Shown here: piece by piece, positions 56,408-64,000 of the stretch | Layout: each line of letters begins with the position of its first letter | Numbering within the stretch: the stretch's first letter is position 1 | Assembly: GCF_009914755.1 (NCBI RefSeq) | Contig: NC_060927.1 | DNA length: 64,000 bases | Strand: one strand, 5' to 3' | Source of the DNA: the human T2T-CHM13v2.0 reference genome, Homo sapiens | The notes under the pieces: model-generated | Database searches by the model: none | Told to the model about the DNA's origin: nothing | What the model saw: only the letters and a program-made list of their open reading frames with translations | Made by a program: the position numbers and the translations under genes

Positions 56408-58617
56408 GTTTAAGATGTGTAGAAAAATAAGAAAATAAAAAGCAAAAGCCTTTAAAAAAAGACTATGAAGATTAAAACAAAACAAAACAAAACAAAATTG
56501 TAGGAATAAAAGATGTAGAAGTTGAAACACAGTATCTAAGAAATGGGTTACACAGTAGAATAAATACAGCCAAGGAAAGAACTAGTGAATTGGAAGACAG
56601 GTTAAGGAAAGCAGCTAGTACACAGTGCAGAGAAAATATGAAGGAAAAGTTAAGAGACATGGAGGGTAGAATGCATGGAGGACAAGTGTCCAACATACCT
56701 TAACAGAAGGAGACAATAAGAAGGAGGCAATATTGTAAACACCATGACTAGGAATTTTCCAGCATAGAAGGCAAACACGAGTCCTCGGACTGAAAAAACA
56801 GACTGAGTCTGTAGTAAGACAAATAAACTCTTACTGAGACACATCAGAGCAAGAGAGCCAGCCATCACAGAGAAAGAAATCCTCAAATCTCCTGGAAAGA
56901 AAAGACACAGGACTTTCAAAGGAACAACAATGAACCTAACAGGAGCAACGATCATTGCCAGAAGACAACAGGATAATATCTTCAAAGCCCTGAGTAAATG
57001 TTTAATTTCATAGTCAACTAAACTATCATTTAAGAGCAGGGGTGAAATAAAGACATTTATAAACTTCTAAATTGATTAGAAAAAAATAAATAAAGACATT
57101 TTCAGAACACAGAGCCTAAAGCAGTTTACCACCTAAAGGCCCTCGGTGAAAGACTATCTTAAAGGATGAGCTCAGAAAAAAAGGGGTATGCAAGAAGCAA
57201 AGGTGATAACAGAAATTGGTCAAATATTCTGATAAAACCCCCACGTTCATGAATTTTGAGCAATTTATAAGAAAGTTGGGATATGAGAGGAGGTAGTTTG
57301 GAGAGAAGTGAAAGAATTCTATAGTGCCTATCTTATTCAAGAGGAGGACAAAGGTATTGCTTACACTTGTTAGAAAAACCAAGTTCAGAAAATATATTGA
57401 AAATGTAAGGTAAGGCCATGGCCTTCCCTTCAGTGATCTATCCTAATAATTATTTAGCCATAAAAAGGGATGAAGTACTGACACATGCCACAACATGAAG
57501 CTAAGTGAAAAAAGCCAGACACAAAAAGTCAAATACACACTCCACTTTTATGAAATATCCAGAATAGGCTAATCCATAGAGACAGAGTAGATAGCAATTG
57601 CCAGGGGATGGGAAGTGGGAGGAATTGGAAGGTACAAGTTTTCATTTTGGGGTGTTAGAAGTGCTCTGGAATTAGATAGTGCTGATGATTGCACAACACT
57701 GTGAATATAACAAAAGCCACTAAACTGTACACTTTAAACTGGTTAAAATTATAAATTTTATATATGAATTTTATCTTGATAAACAGGAAGTTTACATTAG
57801 TATCATGTAAAAGGCACTGGACTAAAGAGAGACTTAAGAGACATAATAACCAAGCTCCAAGCATGGATTAGACATTGGTTTGGACAAAACAGGTGTAAAG
57901 GACAATTTGGGTCCAACTGAGGAAATCTGAATATGGTCTTGGTATTAGGAAAGATTAAAATATATCGAAATGGAAAAATGAAATAACTAGCTAAAAAAGC
58001 AGTCTACAAAACAGTACATACATCATGATTTCATTATCTTAAAAATACACATAAACTCATTAAAGCAGTAACAGTGGTGATCTATGGGTGGTGGGAATGT
58101 TGTGTCCTTAAGTTTTACTTTTACTTATTTTTTGATTTACTTATTTTTTATTACTTATTTTGATTCTACTTTGCTTATCCAATTTTGCACCATACACACA
58201 TATCACTTAGGTAATAATAAAAGATTTCAATGTAAAAACTGAATGTTGAAAGTAAAACAAATGAATTAAAGATAATTGCTACAAGAATACAAATAAAATT
58301 TAAAATCTCCAAATTGGAGATTGTGGAGAGAGTGAGCAGTAATGAAAAATGGATCAATAGAAAAAAGGAAAGATGGACGATCAGAAGAAGTATAAAGAAA
58401 ATGGGATAAATAGGAAGTATAAATTATATACTAGAATTAAGTTTAATTATATATTTTTTCAGGTGTACCTCTGATTGAAAAGTTTAATTATATTAGTAGT
58501 CACAACAAATATAAATAGACTAAATTCATCTTTAATAAAAAGAGAACCTGCTATGTATAGTATACAATAGAGACACATTAGAAACAACGATACAGTAAAT
58601 TTGAAAACAAGCAAATT

Positions 58618-58927
58618 GGCCAGGCACAGTGGCTCAACTCTGTAATCCCAGCACTTTGGGAAGCTGAGGCAGGTGGATCACTTGAGGCCAGAAGTTCGAG
58701 ACCAGTCTGGCCAACACAGTGAAAACCCATCTCTATTAAAAATAGAAAAAATTAGCTGGGCATGGTGGCACATACCTTTAATCCCAGTTACTCAGGAGGC
58801 TGAGGCATGAGAATCACTTGAACCCAGGAGGTGGAGGCTGCAGTGAGCCGAGATTGCACCACTGTACTCCAGCCTGGGTGACAGAGTGAGACTCTGTCTC
58901 AAAAAAAAAAAGAGAGAGAGAGAGAGA
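58618..58927 (+). mobile_element. AluS SINE with A/(AG)n tail
   Basis: Full dimer; tail expands into (AG)n. Confidence 0.94.
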
Positions 58928-59972
58928 AAATAACCAAATTGGAAAAAAAGACAGGCAAATAATCACTAAAATAAATTTAATGAAACAATATTATTATGAG
59001 ACAAAACAGAATTTAATTTAAGGTGGAAAGTGCATTTGCAAAATCTGGGATGCAGCCAAAGCAATGCTTACAGGTAAATTCATAGCTTTAAAAGATACAT
59101 TATTCAAAAACAAGAAAGACTGAAAATTAAGGCACTAAGAAACCATGAAAAGGATCATGACTTAAGCATAAATAAAGTGGAAGGAAGAGACTATCAAAGC
59201 TAAACAAACAAATGAATAAAATAGAAAATAATAAAGCCAAAAACTTGTTCTTTGAGCAACCTAGTAATTGGCAAGATTAATGGAGAGAAAAAAATGACCC
59301 CAATCAATAATATTAGAAATAAAAAGGGGGCAAAACACAGATAAAATAGAGATTTAAATAAAATATAATTGCTCTCAGAGTGGAAGCTTGGGATGTGACT
59401 TAGCGAGATCCTCTCTGGATCCTCCTGGGCAGTTTGTTCTATTCACTGAGCAATATTGACCTTACACAAAGCCACATTCACCTCTGGTTTCCCACAGCCC
59501 CTTATCTCCTGTGTCGTCACTGATGTCAACACTCACGCTTCTACAGGGCATGCCGACAACCACATTCATGATCACACATACATACAAAAATACCAAAACT
59601 GCCCCGTGTGCCTACATGTGCACAATCGGACACACATGTTCTGAAATACACTCTGCAAATGTGCATGCATGAGCATGTTCACATGCATGCATACACATAT
59701 GCTCCCAATGTACACATGATGATGTCACACATATTCCATGTCCACACAGATAATGTGTAGTACCACAGTGCTCTCAATCACACTTGCACATGAATCCATG
59801 CACAGTCTGTACATATGTGAAGACACCTTTTCCCACAGGGTGCCCAGGTGAGTGCATACGTACACATTACACATGAGCATGATGCCATCAGCATGCCTTC
59901 CTCCCATTGCACACACACCAGAGTGAACAGCCCCGGGTGCCCCATGCAGGCCTGCAGGGCAGGCAGCCATAC

Positions 59973-60078
59973 CTCCAGTTCCCTCAGCAGCTCTGACTGA
60001 CCACATGACTCCAGGTCTTCGAGAGCTTCTCCAAACATGCGCCAGAAGCCCTCCTCTCGGGCAGGGCCAGGGGCTGGG
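59973..60078 (-). CDS. GRIP2: GRIP2 linker exon
   Basis: gttacag|C acceptor, GAG|gtatgg donor; [35 protein letters not shown] (motif shared with GRIP1); 106 nt, phase 2-0. Confidence 0.92.
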
Positions 60079-60714
60079 CTGTAACGTAGGAACCAGAGAG
60101 CGTCAACTCCTGGCAGGCGGGTGGGCGGGCTGGGGCCTGAGGAGTCTTCGGGGCCCCAGGGCCCAGCGTTGGGCTCGAGGGGCCATAGGGTGGGTGGGCG
60201 GGCAGGCAGGCGGGCGTCCTCGGTGGCAGTTCTGGGGCCCCGGGGCAGTGGTTGGTGACACGGAATAGGGGAAAGACGCAGTTAGGGGCGACCAGGACTG
60301 TCGGTGGCCAGTTAGAACAGGGGCAGATGAGACGGGGTGGAGAGCGGTGACACAGGATGCCTAGGAAGAGAGACAGAGGACAAACAGACGAACAGACAGA
60401 GAGGAGATCCATGGTGTAGTCCCAGAGGACGGCCCCTGGCCCCACCCAGACACACGGCACCGTGGGACAGTGACAGGGACAGAGCTGGGGCCAGCAAGGA
60501 CACAGATGGATGGAGAGGATGAAATAACTGTGCTGGGGAAGGGGTCGAGACCACCCATAACTCCCATCACAGGTTGTATGAGCCTGTTATCATCAGTTCC
60601 AACACTGAGTCTCAGAAAGTTCACAATTCACATTTTGACACTTCGCAAAGCCACTTGCTAATTACAAAGGCCTCAACGGTTACAAGGCATGCTGTGATTT
60701 ACAAAGCACTTGCT

Positions 60715-61015
60715 TGTTTTTTTTTTTTTTTTTTTGAGACAGAGTCTTGCTCTGTCACCCAAGCTGGAGTGCAGTGGCATGATCTCGACTCACTGCAAGC
60801 TCTGCCTCCTGGGTTCACGCCATTCTCCTGCCTCAGCCTCCCGAGAAGCTAGGACCACAGGCATGCGCCACCACCCCTGGCCAACTTTTTGTATTTTTAC
60901 TAGAGACGGGTTCCACCGTGTCAGCCAGGATGGTCTCGATCTCCCGACCTCGTGATCTGCCCACTTCAGCCTCCTGAAGTGCTGGGATTACAGGCGTGAG
61001 CCACTGCACCCTGCC
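60715..61015 (-). mobile_element. AluY-like SINE
   Basis: Antisense dimer with gcaagctc...ttcacgccattc diagnostics; TSD agcacttgct. Confidence 0.94.
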
Positions 61016-62020
61016 AGCACTTGCTCTTTTACAGGGGCACGCAAGCTTTGCTATCTTAGGGAGCTTAGGAACGAGGATGTGTTGCCTCCTTCCCTTTCCA
61101 TGTAACAGATGAAAAGACAGAGGCTGAAGGACACTTGCTCCATTCAAGTCAATTCCACAGACATTTCCTGAGCTAAGTCCTCTGCTGGGCACAGGGATAT
61201 GGAAGAGAATAAAGTGTGGCCCCTGTTCTTACAGAGCTGGAGATTCATTCGCAAAATATGTCTGAGCACCTACTAGGGGCCACGCGTGGAGCTGGGGTGC
61301 CACGCAGTAGAGATGATAGCCAAGTAATTAGCCAGATAGACACAAGGTGTTTAGGCTACCAGGAGACTTGTAGGAGCAGCTGTGGGTACCAGGAGGGAGG
61401 GAGGAATCCCTTCTGCCTGAGAAAGACAGGGAAGCTTCCCAGAGGCAGGAGAATTTGAGCTGAGTTTTGAGGGATGAGTAGGGATTTGCCAGGAGAGACC
61501 AGGGGAAAGGCATCGAGGCAGAAGGAACCGCCTGATCAAAAGCACCACGATGGGAGGGTGGCCTGGGCCAGATGAGGAACAGCATTTCTCCACAGCCTGC
61601 TCTCTGCAGGAGCCTTCTCCAGCGGCTCAGCCACTCGGCACAGCCCAGGGATGGTGCCGGTGGGCTGAGGGCCCTCGCAGGAGGCCATCAGGCCATCTGG
61701 GGTAAGTCAGGTGGGCCTGGGTTCAAGTTCTGAGTCTGCTGCTCTTCTGAGAACAGGAGATGACCAAAGTTGGGAAGGGCAAACCAGGCTGCTCTCCACC
61801 TCTATACCTTCGTCCCTGCCGTGCCCTCCACCAGTCTGCCCTTCCCTCCGTCTCAGCCTGGCTGAGGTGGCTCTGCTCAGTGCTTCTCTCCCAGGAGGCA
61901 CCCCTCCTCAGGAGCCCGCCAAGACTCTCCATTCCCCCACCACTTTGGCACAGGCACCCTCGCCCACCCCAGCCAAGACACTGTGACTCCCTCCTCCTTC
62001 ACGGTGCTCCCACCACAGAC

Positions 62021-62195
62021 CTCGTTGGCGGCTCCCAATCATCCTCCTCCTCCTCCTCTGGAAAGCTCTCGTCAGCTGGGGTTGGGGTATAGCTCGTCCT
62101 CCGGGGCTCGGTGGGTGGGGGGCTGCCCCTCAGCCAGCCAGGCCTCCGCTCCTGGGGGGTCGTGCCCCGGGCTGCTGCCTGTGGTGTATAGGACC
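62021..62195 (-). CDS. GRIP2: GRIP2 linker exon
   Basis: caccag|GG acceptor, AG|gtctgt donor; [57 protein letters not shown]; 175 nt, phase 1-2. Confidence 0.9.
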
Positions 62196-63206
62196 CTGGT
62201 GGTGGAGAGAGGGCCTCTGTGTTCCCTGCGGCCTCACCTTGCCCTCCTGCCTGCCCCATTTCCAGCTGTGCTGAGTGACCCTGGGGAGGTCGTTGCTCCT
62301 CTCTGGGCCTGCATCTACACAGCCCTCTGAGGGCCTCTGCCTCTCAGAATCTCCCTGGAGCTCCTGGTCATCCAGAAGTTAATGCCTGGGGCTCTGCGAC
62401 TCTGTCTCAACTCCATCGGCCTGGGCTTGGCCATCACCCTGCCACGGAAGGAGGCTGAACATGTGGCCCACCCTCCACTTCCTGCCTTTGGGAGCTCTGA
62501 AGGTCCAGCCCCAGGGAGTGAGCTGAGAGATGCTGACAGAGAGCTGGAGATGGGGAAGCTGAGGCCCAGGGAGAGCAGGTGTCCGCAGGCAAGAACGGGC
62601 TGGCAGCCACCTACGGCCCGTAGAGGCCTCGCCCCCCCTACCCAGTCCTCTGAGTTGGACCATGGGGAGTTCCGGTGGCTCTGGGTCATTGAGGCCAGCT
62701 GGCCAGCCACCAGACTCAGACGTCTCCCTGCGGCCACCTCCGGGTCTCAACATGCATTGGCCTGGGAGGGAGCCCGAGGTGTCTGCCCCACATCCGGTCT
62801 TGTAGGCTGGGGTGGGAGGGGGCTTTTGGCCTCCCTATTTTCAACTGGATGGAATGAACATTGTTGAGCACCTACTGTGTGCCAGACATTGGGCTAGGAA
62901 GGAAGGCTACAGTAGAAGAAAGACCAACTTTGTCCGTAACTTCACAGTGGGGAAAGCTTAGCAGCCAGCATGGGACCCATGGTTCTAAATCAAAAGATAT
63001 GGCTGCAGTCCATGCTTCCAGGAGCAAGGGGCCCTAAGAGTGGCTTACGGAGCCAAATCAGGTCTTCCTTCAGGAAGGGCCCCTAAAGGATGCCAGGAGA
63101 GGAGCGCAGGAGGGAGGAACAGGCACAAGAACAGTCCTGCACAGGCCCAGCAGCAGGGGCGGCCTAGAGAGAGCGTGCCACTTGTCCAAGGGCCCCAAGG
63201 TATTAC

Positions 63207-63386
63207 CTGGGCCCCCAAAGCCACCCTCGGTGGCCGAGCTGTCCCAAGACTCCACAGCACTGTCCACACTGGGCACAGCCGGCGAGAAGCGGGCTGCTGG
63301 CAGGCCTCCTTTCAGGGCATCTGCTGGGTCCTCATCAGCATCACTGGTCTCACTGAGGCTGCCCGACTTGCGGGGTAGGAGGGGAC
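63207..63386 (-). CDS. GRIP2: GRIP2 linker exon after PDZ6
   Basis: ctcccag|GT acceptor, G|gtaata donor; [59 protein letters not shown]; 180 nt, phase 1-1. Confidence 0.92.
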
Positions 63387-63966
63387 CTGGGAGGAGAGAG
63401 GGGTGTCAATTCTGACTTCAGAGACACTCACAGTGAGCCTCAGTTTCTGCATTTCAGCCTGGTCTGGAAACTCACAGGCAGTAAGCCCTTCTGAGCTGAC
63501 ATATGACCATGGCACACTAATAAGCAAACCTGTTTCACAGATGGGAAAACTGAGGCTCGGGGAAGCTGAGCAGCATGCCCGAGATCACACAGTGAGCACC
63601 AGTGGAGCCAGGATTAGCTCAGGCCCCTTCCACTGCCTATGGTGGCCTTTCTACCAAGGCACGGGGACGTATTCAGGGGCAGCTGAGGAATGCATGAGTT
63701 ATGGCCATGAAGCATACACACGTGAGCACCTTAAGAGGCAGGAAGTAATGAAGAACAGGGCTCAGACCCAGATTCTGCCCCGTGCCCACTGTGTGGCCCT
63801 GGGCTCATCACTTCCCTCTCTGAGTCTTATCTTCTTTGCCATCGCAGGCCCGCCTCCACAGGGCTGCAGTGAGGACTCTGTGAGGGTGTGCAGGCAAAGC
63901 CTGGCACAGAGGGATTGCCCTTCCTAAACCTGCTGGGTGGCTCCCAGGGGATGAAGCGAATCTCAC

Positions 63967-64000
63967 GGTCTAGTTGCTTCTTGATCTTCAGTGTGACGGT
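63967..64000 (-). CDS. GRIP2: GRIP2 exon ending PDZ6 (cut by window edge)
   Basis: TVTLKIKKQLD then C|gtgaga donor; joins the next exon as CGT (Arg). Confidence 0.88.

Noticed and set aside
59560-59920. CA/CATG-rich tract with His/Cys-rich ORFs
   Set aside because: Degenerate (CA)n low-complexity sequence; the ORFs are compositional artefacts.

Overview
Human (primate) genomic DNA, GC-rich and dense in Alu/MIR/L2/L1 repeats. The + strand carries the whole coding region of SLC6A6 (Na+/Cl- dependent taurine transporter, TauT): 13 coding exons from ATG 65 to TGA 41414, summing to 1863 nt (620 aa + stop). One intron is GC-AG, and a ~4.3 kb 3' UTR ends after AATAAA at 45729. The - strand carries the last seven coding exons of GRIP2 (end of PDZ6, linker, PDZ7, stop at 50070), convergent with SLC6A6; the two 3' UTRs probably overlap. 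Almost all other ORFs in the track are chance or repeat-derived. I found no new gene or novel biological system. The best leads concern RNA processing and regulation: an in-frame alternative GRIP2 acceptor with a consensus branch point (+51 aa), an Alu-flanked stop-free SLC6A6 exon 7-10 circle, a 115-bp direct duplication bracketing SLC6A6 exon 10, and a decayed ~19-bp array of HNF1-like palindromes. Exon numbers assume the first coding exon is transcript exon 3 (from memory). Repeat names and boundaries are by eye, not RepeatMasker.
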